The notes: generated by a model not told the origin, from the letters alone. Shown: positions 17,878 to 31,215, numbered from the stretch's first letter. The stretch: 64,000 nt of DNA from Verrucomicrobiota bacterium (GCA_021772615.1 JAJFLQ010000070.1:29145-93144), one strand, 5' to 3'. Made by a program: numbers and translations.

Positions 17878-18510
17878 TTATTTTTTTCTGGCTTGTCTAA
17901 TAATGATCCAACCGCCGTTCGGTCCAGGGACCGCCCCTTTAATAAGCAACGCGTTGTCTTCTTTCCGAACTTGGACTACCTGCAAGTTTTGTACGGTTTT
18001 ACGACGGTTCCCCATTTGCCCCGGCATCTTGCGTCCCCGATAAACCTTCCCGGGCGACTCACACATACCGATCGAACCACCGCGGCGTTCCCAGTCTCCA
18101 CCGTGGCTCGCGCGTCCACCGCGAAAACCGTAGCGCTTAATGACGCCCTGAAACCCGCGACCCTTAGTGGTTCCGACGACATCGATAAAGTCGCCTTGCT
18201 GAAATATATCCGCGGCCAAAGTGGATCCAACCGCTTCAGATGGATCGTCTGTGAGGCGGATCTCCCGGACCCAGGCGGGGCCGGCCTTGGTATAGGCAGC
18301 CGGCTTGAACTGTTCGCGCTGTGGCTTGTTGATGCGTTCCAATCGTCGTTCGCCGTAACCCAACTGCACGGCCGAATATCCGTCGACTTCCTGCGTTCGG
18401 TTTGCAATGACAGTGCAGGGACCAGCTTCCACGACGGTGACAGGGATCATTCGCCCGTTGTCATCGTATATGTGCGTCATTCCGACTTTTTTTCCCAGTA
18501 ATCCCTTCAT
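17878..18510 (-). CDS. rplC: 50S ribosomal protein L3.
   Basis: MKGLLGKKVGMTHIYDDNGRMIPVTVVEAGPC ... 210 aa. Confidence 0.96.
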   Translation of the reverse strand: MKGLLGKKVGMTHIYDDNGRMIPVTVVEAGPCTVIANRTQEVDGYSAVQLGYGERRLERINKPQREQFKPAAYTKAGPAWVREIRLTDDPSEAVGSTLAADIFQQGDFIDVVGTTKGRGFQGVIKRYGFRGGRASHGGDWERRGGSIGMCESPGKVYRGRKMPGQMGNRRKTVQNLQVVQVRKEDNALLIKGAVPGPNGGWIIIRQARKK

Positions 18511-18600
18511 AGTCTACCGCTCACAATATCTCTTTAGGTTAATTTGAACTGCCGTCAACCGGGCCGCGCCTGGCGGACGGCATCAACGACGCGTCGTCAG

Positions 18601-18909
18601 TCAGATTTTTATGCTAATGTCAACGCCGGCAGGTAGGTTGAGTTTCTTCAAGTCATCTACGGTTTTTGCTGTTGGATCGATAATATCCAACAAGCGTTTG
18701 TGCGTTCGAATTTCAAATTGCTCCATCGACTTTTTGTCAACAAACGGCGAACGATTCACCGTGTAACGCTCGATACGGGTCGGGAGCGGAATGGGCCCGG
18801 CAACACGCGCACCTGTGCGACGCGCTGTATTTACGATTTCACCTGCGGACTTGTCAAGGACCCGATGGTCATATGCCTGAAGCCGTATGCGTATAGTCTG
18901 TTTGCTCAT
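18601..18909 (-). CDS. rpsJ: 30S ribosomal protein S10.
   Basis: [21 protein letters not shown] ... 102 aa. Confidence 0.96.
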   Translation of the reverse strand: MSKQTIRIRLQAYDHRVLDKSAGEIVNTARRTGARVAGPIPLPTRIERYTVNRSPFVDKKSMEQFEIRTHKRLLDIIDPTAKTVDDLKKLNLPAGVDISIKI

Positions 18910-18922
18910 GATTGATCTCAGC

Positions 18923-21025
18923 TTATTTCTTCAAAACGTTTTTTTCAAGTTGCTCGGGTAACGGCTCGAAGTGCGACGGTTCCATCGAGTTGGATGCTCG
19001 GCCCCGGGTGAGTGAACGCAGTGCGGTGGTATATCCAAATAGCTCGGATAGTGGCACCTGTGCGTGTATCCTGACGAAATCCGGTTGCGCATCAACCTCG
19101 ACAATGTAGCCGCGCCGACTGGATACGTCGCCGATGACATCGCCCATATGCTCTTCCGGGGTTGTGATCTCAAGTTTCATAATTGGCTCCAGAAGCACCA
19201 GGCCAGCCTTCTTGGCCGCTTCCTTGAATGCCATGGAGGCAGCGATCTTAAACGCGATTTCCGACGAATCCACCGCGTGATACGAGCCATCGAGTATGTC
19301 GATGTGCAGGTCCACAACCGGATATCCAGCGAGCACGCCGGTCGTGGCAGCTTCGCGCAGTCCTGTTTCGACGGGACGAATATATTCTTTAGGTATATTA
19401 CCGCCCGTTACCTTATTATCTATCGTAATGCCATGTCCCGTATCTCTCGGTTCCATGGCAATGATGACATGGCCATATTGACCGCGGCCACCAGTCTGCC
19501 GTATAAATTTTGAGTCGGCTGTCGCGATTTTTGTAATCGCCTCGCGATAGGCGACTTCGGGTGCTCCTGTATTGGCCGCGACTTTGAACTCACGCAACAG
19601 GCGATCGCGAATAATTTCAAGATGCAACTCACCCATTCCGGATATGATACTTTGTCCTGTCTCCGGGTCCGTTCTCATCTGAAACGTTGGATCTTCTTCA
19701 GCGAGCTGATTCACGGCTTCATAAAGTTTATCCCGCTCCGCTGCAGTCTTGGGCTCGATTGCAATGGATATCACCGGATCGGGAAAGCTCATGGATTCGA
19801 GTACGATCGGGTGGGCAATGTCGCTGAGTGTATCGCCCGTTGTAATCGTTTTAATACCTACTGCCGCTGCGATATCGCCACTGTACACACTGTCCCGTTC
19901 CTCCCGGGTGTTGGCATGCATCTGGAGGATGCGCCCAATACGTTCGTTCTTTCCGGTGCGTGGATTGAATACCCTCATTCCCTTGCGTAGAACACCTGAG
20001 TAAACCCGAAAGAAAACCAGTTTGCCGACAAAGGGATCGATCATCAGCTTGAATGCCAGCGCCGCAAATGGCTCATCGTCGCCGACCATGCGCGTAATAC
20101 GTTCCTCCGAATTCAGTCGAAAACCTTCGATGGCTTTGACATCGGAAGGGCAGGGGAGATAGTCATTTACCGCGTCAAGGAGATTTTGCACGCCTTTGTT
20201 CTTAAAGGCTGTACCACAAAAAACCGGTACGATCGTTGCTGTTATGACACACCGGCGAACCGCCTGCCGGAGGTGTTCTGCAGTTGGCCGCACATCACCA
20301 AGAAACATCTCCATAATTTCTTCGTCAATCTCAGCCAGGCACTCGATGATATGCGCTCGTGCGCTGTGTACATCGTTCTGCATGGCTTCGGGAACGTCCT
20401 TTTCCACGACTTCGGTGCCAAGCTCACCCTGGTAATAATACGCCCGGTTGGAAATCACATCAACAACGCCGCTGAAGTCACCTTCACATCCAATGGGCAA
20501 CTGCAATGGAATAGCGGTTGCGCGCAGTTTGTCGCGGATGCTTTGGACAGCGGCAGTAAAATTGGCCCCGGTTCGGTCCATCTTGTTGATGAATGCGATA
20601 ACCGGCACCTGGTATTTTTTAGCCTGACGCCAGACCGTCTCCGACTGCGGCTGCACGCCGGCCACGCCGCAGAAGACGGCAACGGCACCATCCAGAACGC
20701 GGAGCGAGCGTTCCACTTCGGCGGTAAAGTCAACGTGCCCCGGCGTATCAATGATGTTTATCTGGTGTTCTTGCCAGAAACATGTCGTTGCGGCGCTGGT
20801 GATTGTGATGCCGCGTTCCTGTTCCTGCACCATCCAATCCATCGTTGCATTGCCTTCGTGCACTTCACCGACTTTGTAGTTCACACCAGTGTAATACAGG
20901 ATGCGTTCTGTAATGGTCGTCTTGCCTGCGTCGATGTGAGCCATGATCCCGATATTCCGCACCTGCTCAATTGGAACAGCCCGGCTCGGATGCGGGTTGT
21001 TCTGCTGTGCTTTGTTCGACTCCAT
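18923..21025 (-). CDS. fusA: Elongation factor G.
   Basis: [42 protein letters not shown] ... full-length EF-G. The ORF extends to 21067; the Met at 21025 (MESNKAQQ ...) fits EF-G length better. The start is ambiguous between the two. Confidence 0.95.
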   Translation of the reverse strand: MESNKAQQNNPHPSRAVPIEQVRNIGIMAHIDAGKTTITERILYYTGVNYKVGEVHEGNATMDWMVQEQERGITITSAATTCFWQEHQINIIDTPGHVDFTAEVERSLRVLDGAVAVFCGVAGVQPQSETVWRQAKKYQVPVIAFINKMDRTGANFTAAVQSIRDKLRATAIPLQLPIGCEGDFSGVVDVISNRAYYYQGELGTEVVEKDVPEAMQNDVHSARAHIIECLAEIDEEIMEMFLGDVRPTAEHLRQAVRRCVITATIVPVFCGTAFKNKGVQNLLDAVNDYLPCPSDVKAIEGFRLNSEERITRMVGDDEPFAALAFKLMIDPFVGKLVFFRVYSGVLRKGMRVFNPRTGKNERIGRILQMHANTREERDSVYSGDIAAAVGIKTITTGDTLSDIAHPIVLESMSFPDPVISIAIEPKTAAERDKLYEAVNQLAEEDPTFQMRTDPETGQSIISGMGELHLEIIRDRLLREFKVAANTGAPEVAYREAITKIATADSKFIRQTGGRGQYGHVIIAMEPRDTGHGITIDNKVTGGNIPKEYIRPVETGLREAATTGVLAGYPVVDLHIDILDGSYHAVDSSEIAFKIAASMAFKEAAKKAGLVLLEPIMKLEITTPEEHMGDVIGDVSSRRGYIVEVDAQPDFVRIHAQVPLSELFGYTTALRSLTRGRASNSMEPSHFEPLPEQLEKNVLKK

Positions 21026-21252
21026 AGTGATCCTGGCGCAATCGGTTGTGCTTGCCAATCCTGTCATAATACCTGTTTACTGCGTGCTGTTCGCTGGTTA
21101 AAATAGAAATAATGAATTGTGCAGAATGCGTGGACACGACCTTGCGGAAATGATCTCGCAGTCGGTGGTGCGGCAGGAAAGACGGTTGTAGCCTATTATG
21201 AGCGACGACCCTCCGGCGCGTTAGCATACCACGCGAATATCGCCGATATCAC

Positions 21253-21723
21253 TCACCAACGATAATGAGCGAAAGCCTTATTGGCTTGTGCCATCTTGTG
21301 AGTGTCGTCCTTCTTCTTTACGGCTGAGCCGGTATTGTTGTAGGCGTCCAATATTTCAGCTGCTAGCGCATCTCGCATGGATTTACCTTTTCTTCCGCGA
21401 GCATAGGTCACCATCCAACGCAATCCGATGCCGATCTGACGTGACGTTTCAAGCTCGATCGGAATCTGGTAGTTCGCTCCACCGACACGTCGACTTTTCA
21501 ACTCAAGCAAGGGCTTTACATTGTCTAGCGCCTGCATAAATACCTCAAGCGGGTCACGACCTTCCTGCTTGTCGGCAATTATCCCCATCGCGCCGTAGAC
21601 TATATTCTGTGCTCGGGATTTCTTTCCGCGTTCCAAAACGATGTTGATTAACTTGGCAACCAACTCGCTATTGTATTTTACGTCCGGTGTCAGCTGCCGG
21701 CGTTCCGCCCGTCGTCGTCTCAT
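21253..21723 (-). CDS. rpsG: 30S ribosomal protein S7.
   Basis: [36 protein letters not shown] ... 156 aa. Confidence 0.96.
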   Translation of the reverse strand: MRRRRAERRQLTPDVKYNSELVAKLINIVLERGKKSRAQNIVYGAMGIIADKQEGRDPLEVFMQALDNVKPLLELKSRRVGGANYQIPIELETSRQIGIGLRWMVTYARGRKGKSMRDALAAEILDAYNNTGSAVKKKDDTHKMAQANKAFAHYRW

Positions 21724-21759
21724 TCTTTATCGCCTGTCTGTATTATAATAAATCGCCGG

Positions 21760-22131
21760 TTAACTGGCACGTTTTGTGCCGTATTTGGAACGGCCCTGCT
21801 TTCTATTGTCCACGCCGAGACTATCCAATGCACCACGAATAATGTGGTACCGTACGCCCGGCAGGTCAGGTACGCGTCCGCCACGTACCAGAACGATTGA
21901 GTGCTCCTGGAGGTTGTGTCCCTCTCCGCCTATGTATGCGGTGACCTCTTCGCCGTTGCTCAGGCGTACACGAGCTACTTTGCGCAACGCTGAATTCGGC
22001 TTCTTGGGTGTTCTGGTAGTAACCTGGAGACATACCCCACGTCGCTGCGGACACCGGGCCAAGGCGCGTGATTTACTTTTGAATTTCTTTCTCTTGCGAC
22101 CCTTGCGGACCAACTGATTGATGGTGGGCAT
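21760..22131 (-). CDS. rpsL: 30S ribosomal protein S12.
   Basis: [57 protein letters not shown] ... 123 aa. Confidence 0.97.
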   Translation of the reverse strand: MPTINQLVRKGRKRKKFKSKSRALARCPQRRGVCLQVTTRTPKKPNSALRKVARVRLSNGEEVTAYIGGEGHNLQEHSIVLVRGGRVPDLPGVRYHIIRGALDSLGVDNRKQGRSKYGTKRAS

Positions 22132-22317
22132 AGTTATGAACTCCGTGAAATCTTATGAACAAAAGTCGGATACCGTATCCTGCGATTCAGCACTTTCAAC
22201 AATGAATAAAACAAAATCGGAAAATTTATCCCGAACGGTTCGATCGCTTCCTGAATCCGCAGCGGCAGTGCGTCGCTCTGCGGTGTCGGCGCGGGTCCCG
22301 GGACGGCGGCGTCGGCG

Positions 22318-25300
22318 CTACAAGCCGATGCCGCTACCGTCCAATCCCAGCGCGTTTATCGCAGCCTGCGTGCTGGGTGCAGCTACAGCGACACTGGCGG
22401 CTTCACCGCCGGCATCGTTGTCGTCAGGGCCGTCTCCGAAAATTTTCGGCAATACCTCACGACCGACTTTCTTGAGCTTCACCTTGAGGTTCTTCTTGTA
22501 TCCCGTGCCGGCCGGAATCAGATGTCCCATGATAATGTTCTCTTTGAAGCCTTCCAGGGGGTCAACTTTCCCGAGCGTAGCCGCGTCTGTCAAAATACGG
22601 GTAGTGTCCTGAAAAGACGCAGCAGAAATGAAACTGTCTGTTTCAAGCGACGCTTTGGTGATACCGAGGAGTATCGGTTGTGCCTCGGCCGGCTTGCCGC
22701 CCTCTGCCATCACACTGGCATTTTCCTTGATGAATTCAGATTTTTCAATTTGCTCACCGTAAAGCATGTCTGTGCTGCCGGCATCTGTGATACGCACCTT
22801 CTGCAACATCTGGCGGACGATGACCTCGATGTGTTTGTCATTGATTTCAACGCCCTGCAGACGATAAACAGCCTGAATCTCATTAACGAGATACTCCTGC
22901 AGATCCTGCGGGCCGCAGACTTCGAGGATCTCATGCGGCACAACGGATCCGTCGGTCAACGGCTGACCTTTCTTGACAAACTCACCGTCGAATACGACGA
23001 TGTGTTTGTTCGCCGGCAGGAGGTGCTCTTCCACGGTATTGCTTTCCGGATCCCGAATCATGAGGAGCCGTTTGCCCTTCGAGAGTTTGCCCAACTCAAC
23101 CGAGCCGTCGATTTTCGCGATCTCCGCTGCGTCCTTCGGACGGCGCGCCTCGAAGAGTTCCGCCACACGTGGCAACCCGCCGGTGATGTCCTTGGTACGT
23201 GCAACCTGCCGCGGTGTTCGGGCAATCGTATCGCCAGGTGATACATCGGCGTTGTTATCTACCATGATATGGGCGCCGGCCGGAATGCTGTAATGCCCGA
23301 TCATGACGTCGTTTTTGTCCTTGATCAGGATCTGCGGAAAAAGATCCTCACGATGCTCGAGGACAGAGATCTCCCGTACGCCCGTGGATTCGTTGATCTC
23401 TTCTTTCATCGTGATACCCTCGACGAGATCAACGAATTTCATGATTCCGCCGTGTTCCGTGATGATCGGGATGTTGTAAGGATCCCAACGCACGAAGATT
23501 TCGTCCTTCTTGATGAACTCGCGTTCGTTCTTGAGTATCGACGCGCCGGCGATCAACTGGTGCCGTTCCTGTTCGAAGCCTTTCTCGTCACACAACGCGA
23601 TAGCGCCGGTTTTGTTCAACACGATCATGGCGCCTTCCTTCGACCGTACGGTGCGGGCGTCGACCAGCTTGATGAACCCACCTTCACGCGCCTTGATTGC
23701 AGGCTGCTTAAAAGACGACGAAGCTGTACCTCCGTAATGGAACGTACGCATGGTCAGCTGCGTTCCCGGCTCACCAATCGACTGAGCGGCGATAATACCA
23801 ATGGCCTCGCCCTCTTTGATCTGGCCGTCCGTCGCGAGATTGCGGCCGTAACATTTGCCGCATATCCCGTCATCACTCTTACACGTAAGCACCGAACGGA
23901 TCAGCACACGATCAATTCCGAAATCGATGATCTTATCGGCAACGGTTTTGGTGATTTCCTCTCCGGCGCCGACGATCAATTTGTTCTCTTCGGACAGTGG
24001 ATCACGGATATCGTCGACACTGTACCGGCCGACGATGCGATCGCGCAACGGTAGCATGTCTTCATCGCCTTCACGAATAGCGCTGACCCAGATTCCCTGG
24101 GTCGTCATGCAATCCTGTTCAATGCAGATGACGTCGTGGGCCACGTCGACGAGCTTTCTCGTCATATACCCGGAGTCGGCTGTCTTCAACGCCGTATCTG
24201 CTAATCCTTTCCGCGCACCGTGGGAGCTGATGAAAAACTCGAGGACGCTCAGGCCTTCACGGAAATTGGCCAGAATCGGCCGCTCGATGATTTCGCCCGA
24301 TGGCTTTGCCATGAGTCCGCGCATGCCGGCAAGTTGTCGAATCTGGTCTTTACTGCCGCGAGCGCCGGAATCAAGCATCGCGTGAACCGGATTGATTTCC
24401 TCAAGGTCATTGTTTCGTTCCAGAGCCCTGAATAATACCGTGGCAACACGATTGTTCGCCTGCGTCCAGATGTCGATATACTTGTTGTACCGTTCGCCTT
24501 CCGTAATGACGCCGCGTTGATACTGCTTGCGGACCTCGTCGATCTCCCCCTGGGCGCCGTCTACGATCTTCTGCTTTTCATCCGGTATAATCATATCCGT
24601 AATACCGATCGAAAAACCTGCTTTGGTCGCGTATTCGTAGCCAAGTGCCTTGAGCCTGTCGAGAATCGTTACTGTTTCCTCGCGGCCAAGCTGCATGTAC
24701 GCGCTGGTGATCAGATCACCCATGGTCGATTTCTTGGCGACCATGTTGAAAAATCCCACTTTCTCCGGCCATATATCGTTGAAAATGCATCGCCCGGCCG
24801 TGGTCTTGATGAATTTATCGCTTTTGTTGCCCCAGATCGTGTCCTTGCCGCGGTCCGGGTTGGTCAGGAGGATGACCTGATGCAACTCAATACAGTCTGT
24901 ATCCAGAGCGGTCATGATCTCGAAAGAATCATTGAATGCCTTCGGTGACGTCGTCCGTTCGAACGAACCCGGCTGCTCGTACGTCAGGTAGTAAGCGCCC
25001 AGTGTGATGTCCTGCGAGGGTGTGCAAATTGGCTTTCCGCTCGAAGGATAAAAAATATTGTTCGGCGCGAGCATGAGCAATTTCGTCTCAAGTTGCGCCT
25101 CGTCCGACAACGGGATATGAACGGCCATTTGATCGCCGTCGAAGTCCGCGTTGTAAGCCGCGCAAACCAGCGGGTGAACGCGAATCGCCTGACCCTCGAT
25201 CAATACCGGATCGAACGCCTGGATACTGAGTCGGTGCAGCGTTGGCGCACGATTCAGCATGATCGGATGCCCTTTGATTACATCCTCAAGGATGTCCCAA

Positions 25301-26580
25301 ACCTGCGGGTCGCCGCGTTCGATCATTTTCTTCGCACTGCGTACGGTGTGGACGAATCCAAGCTCCTTCAACCGGCGGATGATAAACGGTTCGAACAGCG
25401 TCAATGCCATCTTCTTCGGAAGACCGCACTGGTTCAGTTTTAATTCCGGGCCGACGACGATAACAGAGCGTCCGGAATAGTCGACGCGTTTACCCAGGAG
25501 GTTCTGCCGGAATCGTCCCTGTTTCCCTTTGAGCATATCGCTGAGCGACTTCAGCTGGCGATTGCTTGCACCGGTAACCGCGCGTCCGTGCCGCCCGTTG
25601 TCAAGGAGGGCGTCGACCGCTTCCTGAAGCATTCGCTTTTCGTTGCGAATAATGACCTCCGGTGTGCGCAGGCTCAATAGGTTCTTTAACCGGTTATTGC
25701 GGTTGATCACGCGTCTGTAGAGATCGTTCAGATCCGATGTCGCGAAGCGGCCGCCCTCGAGCGGCACCAGCGGCCGGAGATCCGGCGGGATGACGGGGAG
25801 TTCTGTAAGGATCATCCATTCCGGACGCATGTCAGCCGTCAGAAATCCCTCAACGAGCCGCAACCGTTTCGCCAGTTTCTTGCGATCGGCTTTGCTGCGC
25901 GTGTTCTCCATCAGCTCGACGAGTTCAACGCGTAGGTCGTCAAGTTTGATCTTACTCAGCAATTCTCGAATCGCCTCGGCACCCATTCCCGCCTTAAATG
26001 CGTCGCCGTAGGTTTCTTTGGCGTCGCGATATTCGTCTTCGGTGAGCAGCTGTTTCTCGGTAAACGGCGTATCGCCCTTGTCGATGACAATCCAGCATTC
26101 GTAGTAAATCACACGCTCAAGGTTTCGTGACGTCATATTAAGCATCAGGCCAAGACGACTGGGCATGCATTTGAAAAACCAGATATGCGATACCGGTACC
26201 GCCAACTCAATGTGGGCCATGCGCTCCCGGCGAACGCGGGAATGGGTTACCTCTACACCGCAACGGTCGCACACGATGCCTTTGTGTTTGATCCGCTTGT
26301 ATTTACCGCAGTTGCATTCCCAGTCGCGCGTCGGACCAAAGATCTTTTCACAAAAGAGACCGCCTTTTTCAGGCTTGAAGGTACGATAGTTGAGGGTTTC
26401 CGGATTCTTCACTTCTCCGCGGCTCCAGGACCGGATGGTATCAGGAGAAGCGACGGTTATACTTACAGAACTGAACTTGTCAGCCGTATCCATGCCAAGG
26501 ATTTCTCGGACTGCTGAATTATCGCTATTCACCTTGGTTTCCTCCGTCTTGCGTTTTTGATGTTCACTGATCGACCGCAT
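22318..26580 (-). CDS. rpoC: DNA-directed RNA polymerase subunit beta' (1420 aa).
   Basis: [67 protein letters not shown] zinc-binding N-terminus and the NADFDGD catalytic motif. Confidence 0.97.
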   Translation of the reverse strand: MRSISEHQKRKTEETKVNSDNSAVREILGMDTADKFSSVSITVASPDTIRSWSRGEVKNPETLNYRTFKPEKGGLFCEKIFGPTRDWECNCGKYKRIKHKGIVCDRCGVEVTHSRVRRERMAHIELAVPVSHIWFFKCMPSRLGLMLNMTSRNLERVIYYECWIVIDKGDTPFTEKQLLTEDEYRDAKETYGDAFKAGMGAEAIRELLSKIKLDDLRVELVELMENTRSKADRKKLAKRLRLVEGFLTADMRPEWMILTELPVIPPDLRPLVPLEGGRFATSDLNDLYRRVINRNNRLKNLLSLRTPEVIIRNEKRMLQEAVDALLDNGRHGRAVTGASNRQLKSLSDMLKGKQGRFRQNLLGKRVDYSGRSVIVVGPELKLNQCGLPKKMALTLFEPFIIRRLKELGFVHTVRSAKKMIERGDPQVWDILEDVIKGHPIMLNRAPTLHRLSIQAFDPVLIEGQAIRVHPLVCAAYNADFDGDQMAVHIPLSDEAQLETKLLMLAPNNIFYPSSGKPICTPSQDITLGAYYLTYEQPGSFERTTSPKAFNDSFEIMTALDTDCIELHQVILLTNPDRGKDTIWGNKSDKFIKTTAGRCIFNDIWPEKVGFFNMVAKKSTMGDLITSAYMQLGREETVTILDRLKALGYEYATKAGFSIGITDMIIPDEKQKIVDGAQGEIDEVRKQYQRGVITEGERYNKYIDIWTQANNRVATVLFRALERNNDLEEINPVHAMLDSGARGSKDQIRQLAGMRGLMAKPSGEIIERPILANFREGLSVLEFFISSHGARKGLADTALKTADSGYMTRKLVDVAHDVICIEQDCMTTQGIWVSAIREGDEDMLPLRDRIVGRYSVDDIRDPLSEENKLIVGAGEEITKTVADKIIDFGIDRVLIRSVLTCKSDDGICGKCYGRNLATDGQIKEGEAIGIIAAQSIGEPGTQLTMRTFHYGGTASSSFKQPAIKAREGGFIKLVDARTVRSKEGAMIVLNKTGAIALCDEKGFEQERHQLIAGASILKNEREFIKKDEIFVRWDPYNIPIITEHGGIMKFVDLVEGITMKEEINESTGVREISVLEHREDLFPQILIKDKNDVMIGHYSIPAGAHIMVDNNADVSPGDTIARTPRQVARTKDITGGLPRVAELFEARRPKDAAEIAKIDGSVELGKLSKGKRLLMIRDPESNTVEEHLLPANKHIVVFDGEFVKKGQPLTDGSVVPHEILEVCGPQDLQEYLVNEIQAVYRLQGVEINDKHIEVIVRQMLQKVRITDAGSTDMLYGEQIEKSEFIKENASVMAEGGKPAEAQPILLGITKASLETDSFISAASFQDTTRILTDAATLGKVDPLEGFKENIIMGHLIPAGTGYKKNLKVKLKKVGREVLPKIFGDGPDDNDAGGEAASVAVAAPSTQAAINALGLDGSGIGL

Positions 26581-26678
26581 ATGCGGTCATGATTCTTTCC
26601 CGTCTTTACCATTGCGCGCGGCCTGTCTGCCTTGGTTTACGTATGGCGCCGCGAGGTTTCATGTTCCATTGCGTCCCG

Positions 26679-29600
26679 TTATACCATGGATCCTTTCAGG
26701 GGACGAATATCAAGACATAGGCTCTTCATTTCATTCATTAACACGTTGAATGATTCGGGAACATCGGCCTGCAGCGAATTATCGCCGCGTACGATGGACT
26801 CGTAAATTCGTGTCCGGCCCGTGACATCATCGCTCTTCACCGTTAGCATTTCCTGCAACGTGTACGCTGCGCCATAAGCCTCAAGCGCCCACACCTCCAT
26901 CTCGCCGAAACGCTGGCCACCATGTTGCGCCTTACCGCCGAGCGGCTGTTGTGTCACGAGCGAATATGGGCCCACGGAACGGGAATGGATCTTGTTTACT
27001 ACCAGGTGGTCGAGCTTGAGCATGTAGATTTGACCGACTACAACCCGTTGTTTGAAACGATCGCCGGTGCGGCCGTCATACAAATTAGTCTTGCCGTCGT
27101 CGTCGACGAAAAAGTCTTTTCGCAAGCGACCTTCGCGATCGTAGACGTTGCCATCGTCGTCGATACGCCATTTCGGGCGCTGCGACACCAACTCTTTCTT
27201 GGCGTCACGGAGCAGTTCATGGATTTTCGATTCGGGAATACCGTCGAATACCGGTGTAGCGACCTTCATGCCAAGCACCTTTGCAGCGTAACCCAAATGG
27301 GTCTCAAGTACCTGTCCTACATTCATTCGACTCGGTACGCCGAGGGGGTTGAGCAGGATGTCGACCGGCGTGCCGTCGGCCATAAAAGGCATGTCTTCCC
27401 ACGGTACCAGCTTCGCGACAATGCCCTTATTGCCGTGGCGACCGGCCATCTTGTCGCCGACCGAGAGTTTGCGCTTGCTGGCAACGTAGACCTTGACCTG
27501 TTTGATCACGCCCGGATCCTCGCCGTCCTCGCTCTGATAGCGCTCGATAATTTCGTCACGGCGCATTTCGAGATCACGGGCGCGGATATTGTACACCTTC
27601 ATAATCTCCTCAACCTGGTCATTGGTCGGACCACTTGGGATCTTGTAGGTACCATGCGCTGCCGCAAGTTTACGCAACAGCACTTTTGTAATCTTACGGT
27701 TTGCGGGAATAATCGGGACCGACGCGCCTTCTGTGCGATTCACGACGTCGAAAGGCAACTTTGCTCCGAGAAGGACCGAACCCAGTTTTTCAGTCAATTC
27801 CTCAAGCAATTCCGAATACTGCGCCTTGAATGTCTGCAGCGTTTCCTTGATCTGACGATTGCGTTCCGCCTGAGTCAATTTCGCTCTATTCGGATCGACT
27901 TTTCTTTCGATCTCCACATCCATGACGATGCCGTTGGTACCGCTCGGTACGGTGAGTGAACTGTCTTTCACATCAGCGGCCTTTTCCCCGAAAATCGCTC
28001 GCAGCAAACGTTCCTCGGGGTCGAGTTCCGTTTCGCTTTTTGGCGTGATCTTGCCCACTAGAATGTCGTTTGGCTTGACCTCGGCCCCAATCCGGATGAT
28101 TCCCTCCGGCCCCAGCTGTCGCAGAGCCTCCTCGCTCACATTCGGTATGTCGCGCGTGATTTCTTCCGGACCAAGCTTGGTGTCTCGAGCGGTGATATCA
28201 AACTCGCCGATATGAATGCTCGTGTACACGTCTACCTTCACGAGATTCTCGCAGATGATGATCGCATCTTCAAAGTTGTAACCGCACCATGGCATGAACG
28301 CTACGGTCACATTGCAGCCGAGCGCCAGTTCGCCGTTCTCGGTAGCCGCCCCGTCCGCAATCACCTGGCCTTGACGAATCTTATCGCCCGACCGAACAAT
28401 CGGCGATTGATTTATGCATGTGCTGCTGTTCGAGCGCATGTATTTGTAGAATTCATAACAATCTACGGATTCGGGTGGAGTCTTGTCTGTCGGCAGCTTA
28501 CCGTTCGGTGTGATGACCACTTCCCGTGCCGAGGCACTGGCGACGATACCGGCGCGGTGTGCGCAGACAACCGCGCGGGAATCCCGCGCCACCACCGCCT
28601 CCAATCCCGTGCCGACATATGGCGAATCCGTGATCATCAACGGTACGGACTGACGTTGCATGTTGGATCCCATCAATGCACGGTTGGCATCGTCATGCTC
28701 CAGGAAGGGAATGAGTCCCGCCGCGGCGCTCACCAGCTGCTTCGGCGACACATCGATAAGATCCACATCCTTCGACGGCGCCTCTCGGGTATCGCCGGCC
28801 TGTCGCGTGTTGATATACTCATGAATGAACTCGCCTTTGTCATTCACTTCCGCATTCGCCTGGGCGATGACGTATTTTTCTTCTTTGTCCGCCGTCAAGT
28901 AAACTATTTCATTCAAAACCCTGCCCTTCTTTACCTTGCGGTAGGGCGTTTCGATAAATCCGTATTCATTGATCCGGGCGTACAATGCGAGCGAAGTAAT
29001 CAATCCGATATTTGGTCCTTCTGGTGTTTCAACCGGACAGATACGACCATAATGGCTCGAATGTACGTCGCGAACTTCGAATCCGGCGCGTTCTCGGCTC
29101 AAGCCTCCAGGGCCAAGTGCACTGAGTCGGCGCTTATTGGTGAGCTCCGACAACGGATTAGTCTGATCCATGAACTGAGACAATTGTCCGCGGCCAAAGA
29201 AGTCGCGTATTACGCCAACCAGTGCTTTCGCATTTACCAGTTTGTGGGGCGTTACGTTCTCGTTCTCCATATCGATGAGCGTCATCCGCTCGCGCACCAG
29301 CCGCTCTGTTCGGGCAAGGCCGACACGCAATTGATTCTGTATGAGTTCGCCGACTGTTCGAATACGGCGACTGCCGAGGTGGTCGATATCGTCCACGGAC
29401 CCTGTACCCGAACGCAGTTTCATCAGGTAGACTGACGCGGCGACAAGATCCTCTTTTTCGAGAGTGCGGACGTCCTTTTCGATTTCGAGACCAAGTTTCT
29501 GGTTGATCTTATGCCGGCCCACGCTTCCGAGATCGTATCGCTTTTTGTCAAAAAACAACCGTTTCAGTAACAATTTCGCATTGTTTGCACTGGGGGGATC

Positions 29601-30554
29601 GCCGGGGCGCATGCGTTTGTAAATATCCTTCAACGCCTCTTCCTGATTGGTACAGGGATCCTGCTCAAGGCATTTGATGAAATAATCGCCGACTTCAGCC
29701 GTATTGACGACATCGACGCTCTTGATCTTGGAATTCGTGAGCCAAAGAAGGATGTCGTCGTTGAGCGATTCAAGTTCCTTGCCGAGTTCGTTTTCCTTAT
29801 CATCGCAAATCGGGTTGCCGTCCTGGTCAACGCAGGTCTCGGCGAGATAGTACTGCGACAACTCGTCCGGCTCCAGTGCTGACAGCTTTTTCACGGACAT
29901 CGAGGAAACGCCGTATATGATCTCCAGCAGTTCCCGGGTACTGCTGTAACCGACTGCCCGCAGGAACGTGCTGATCAAAAACTTGCGTCGGCGGCGACGG
30001 CGGTCCAGAAAAATGTAAATCAAGTCATTGATGTCGAACTGCACCTCAAGCCATGATCCGCGATCCGGAATGATGCGGTACGAGTACAATACGCGACCGC
30101 TGGTGTGTTTGCCTTTCTCGAAGCATATACCCGGTGTACGATGTAATTGGCTGATGATGACACGTTCAACGCCGTTAATGACGAATGTCGCACTGTCGGT
30201 CATCAGCGGAATATCGCCGAGAAATACACGCTCTTCCTTTATTTCCTCTTTTTTGCGATTCTCGAAGCGAAGCGTGGTGTATATTGGCGCCGCATAAGTT
30301 TTTCCGGATCTCAGGCACTGCACTTTAGACAGTTTCGGTTCGCCGATTTCGTACGACAGGAACTCAAGGCGGCAGGATTCGTCAAAACTGTCGATTGGAA
30401 AAACTTCGTGGAAAACTTCCTGGAACCCTTGGAGATTGCGTTTCTCTGGTGGCGTCTCGATTTGTAAAAATTCGGAATACGATTTCAATTGGATCTGAAT
30501 CAGATCCGGAATATCCAGGACATCTTGCAGTTTTCCATAGTTCTTACGAGTCAT
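26679..30554 (-). CDS. rpoB: DNA-directed RNA polymerase subunit beta (1291 aa).
   Basis: Conserved rpoB blocks along the full length. Located upstream of rpoC. Confidence 0.97.
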   Translation of the reverse strand: MTRKNYGKLQDVLDIPDLIQIQLKSYSEFLQIETPPEKRNLQGFQEVFHEVFPIDSFDESCRLEFLSYEIGEPKLSKVQCLRSGKTYAAPIYTTLRFENRKKEEIKEERVFLGDIPLMTDSATFVINGVERVIISQLHRTPGICFEKGKHTSGRVLYSYRIIPDRGSWLEVQFDINDLIYIFLDRRRRRRKFLISTFLRAVGYSSTRELLEIIYGVSSMSVKKLSALEPDELSQYYLAETCVDQDGNPICDDKENELGKELESLNDDILLWLTNSKIKSVDVVNTAEVGDYFIKCLEQDPCTNQEEALKDIYKRMRPGDPPSANNAKLLLKRLFFDKKRYDLGSVGRHKINQKLGLEIEKDVRTLEKEDLVAASVYLMKLRSGTGSVDDIDHLGSRRIRTVGELIQNQLRVGLARTERLVRERMTLIDMENENVTPHKLVNAKALVGVIRDFFGRGQLSQFMDQTNPLSELTNKRRLSALGPGGLSRERAGFEVRDVHSSHYGRICPVETPEGPNIGLITSLALYARINEYGFIETPYRKVKKGRVLNEIVYLTADKEEKYVIAQANAEVNDKGEFIHEYINTRQAGDTREAPSKDVDLIDVSPKQLVSAAAGLIPFLEHDDANRALMGSNMQRQSVPLMITDSPYVGTGLEAVVARDSRAVVCAHRAGIVASASAREVVITPNGKLPTDKTPPESVDCYEFYKYMRSNSSTCINQSPIVRSGDKIRQGQVIADGAATENGELALGCNVTVAFMPWCGYNFEDAIIICENLVKVDVYTSIHIGEFDITARDTKLGPEEITRDIPNVSEEALRQLGPEGIIRIGAEVKPNDILVGKITPKSETELDPEERLLRAIFGEKAADVKDSSLTVPSGTNGIVMDVEIERKVDPNRAKLTQAERNRQIKETLQTFKAQYSELLEELTEKLGSVLLGAKLPFDVVNRTEGASVPIIPANRKITKVLLRKLAAAHGTYKIPSGPTNDQVEEIMKVYNIRARDLEMRRDEIIERYQSEDGEDPGVIKQVKVYVASKRKLSVGDKMAGRHGNKGIVAKLVPWEDMPFMADGTPVDILLNPLGVPSRMNVGQVLETHLGYAAKVLGMKVATPVFDGIPESKIHELLRDAKKELVSQRPKWRIDDDGNVYDREGRLRKDFFVDDDGKTNLYDGRTGDRFKQRVVVGQIYMLKLDHLVVNKIHSRSVGPYSLVTQQPLGGKAQHGGQRFGEMEVWALEAYGAAYTLQEMLTVKSDDVTGRTRIYESIVRGDNSLQADVPESFNVLMNEMKSLCLDIRPLKGSMV

Positions 30555-30795
30555 AGTCCACCCTAAGCATTTGATAAGCAGAGCTGCTTAATTTCGTTGT
30601 AAAAAGCCGACAACCGGCAGGTGTCGGGTTCGTCAATTGACGGGAATAAGGGAAAAAGCAAAGGGCGAACGGAAGGTCCGTTCGCCTCGATATATTACCG
30701 GTGTGACAACTCTTTCGGTCTCAGTTGCGACCGGGTATGACCCCGCCGCAACGTGCGTCTCTTGTTGGTAATCTGGCGCGTGAATGCGTCGCTTC

Positions 30796-31203
30796 CTACT
30801 TCAACTCCACTGTTGCACCGGCTGCCTCCAGTTTGGTCTTGATCTCCTCGGCTTCGTCTTTTGACACGCCCTCTTTGACTGCTTTCGGGGCGCTTTCAAC
30901 CAATTCCTTCGCTTCTTTCAGACCCAGGCTTGTGATCGCACGCACTTCCTTAATCACCGCAATTTTCTTGTCGCCAATTCCAGTAAGCATGACGTCAAAC
31001 TCAGTCTTTTCCTCCGCTGGCTCAGCCGTGTCCGCTACTGCCGGCCCAGCTGCAGCGACCGCCATGGGCGCGGCGGCCGTAACGCCGAGACGGTCCTCGA
31101 GTGCCTTCACGAGTTTCGACAGGTCCAGGACTGTCATGTTTTCGATGTAGGAAATGAACTTGTCCATATCCTCGCTAACTTCTACCGTTGCTTCTTCAGC
31201 CAT
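30796..31203 (-). CDS. rplL: 50S ribosomal protein L7/L12.
   Basis: 135 aa with Ala-rich hinge and the conserved C-terminal domain ([56 protein letters not shown]). Confidence 0.96.
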   Translation of the reverse strand: MAEEATVEVSEDMDKFISYIENMTVLDLSKLVKALEDRLGVTAAAPMAVAAAGPAVADTAEPAEEKTEFDVMLTGIGDKKIAVIKEVRAITSLGLKEAKELVESAPKAVKEGVSKDEAEEIKTKLEAAGATVELK

Positions 31204-31215
31204 TTTAATCCTCCG

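Noticed and set aside
20186-21106. 306-aa + strand ORF antisense to fusA.
   Set aside because: Fully overlapped by EF-G on the opposite strand. Translation is His/Cys/Arg-rich noise.
22522-24054. The + strand ORFs 22522..23241 (239 aa) and 23269..24054 (261 aa) antisense to rpoC.
   Set aside because: Same reasoning: embedded in rpoC, no signal, start or RBS context, and no domain-like sequence.
26922-29435. Long + strand ORFs (345 aa at 26922..27959; 407 aa at 28212..29435) antisense to rpoB.
   Set aside because: They lie entirely inside the strongly supported rpoB CDS on the opposite strand. Their translations are Arg/His-rich low-complexity sequence typical of antisense frames in high-GC DNA, with no recognisable motifs.
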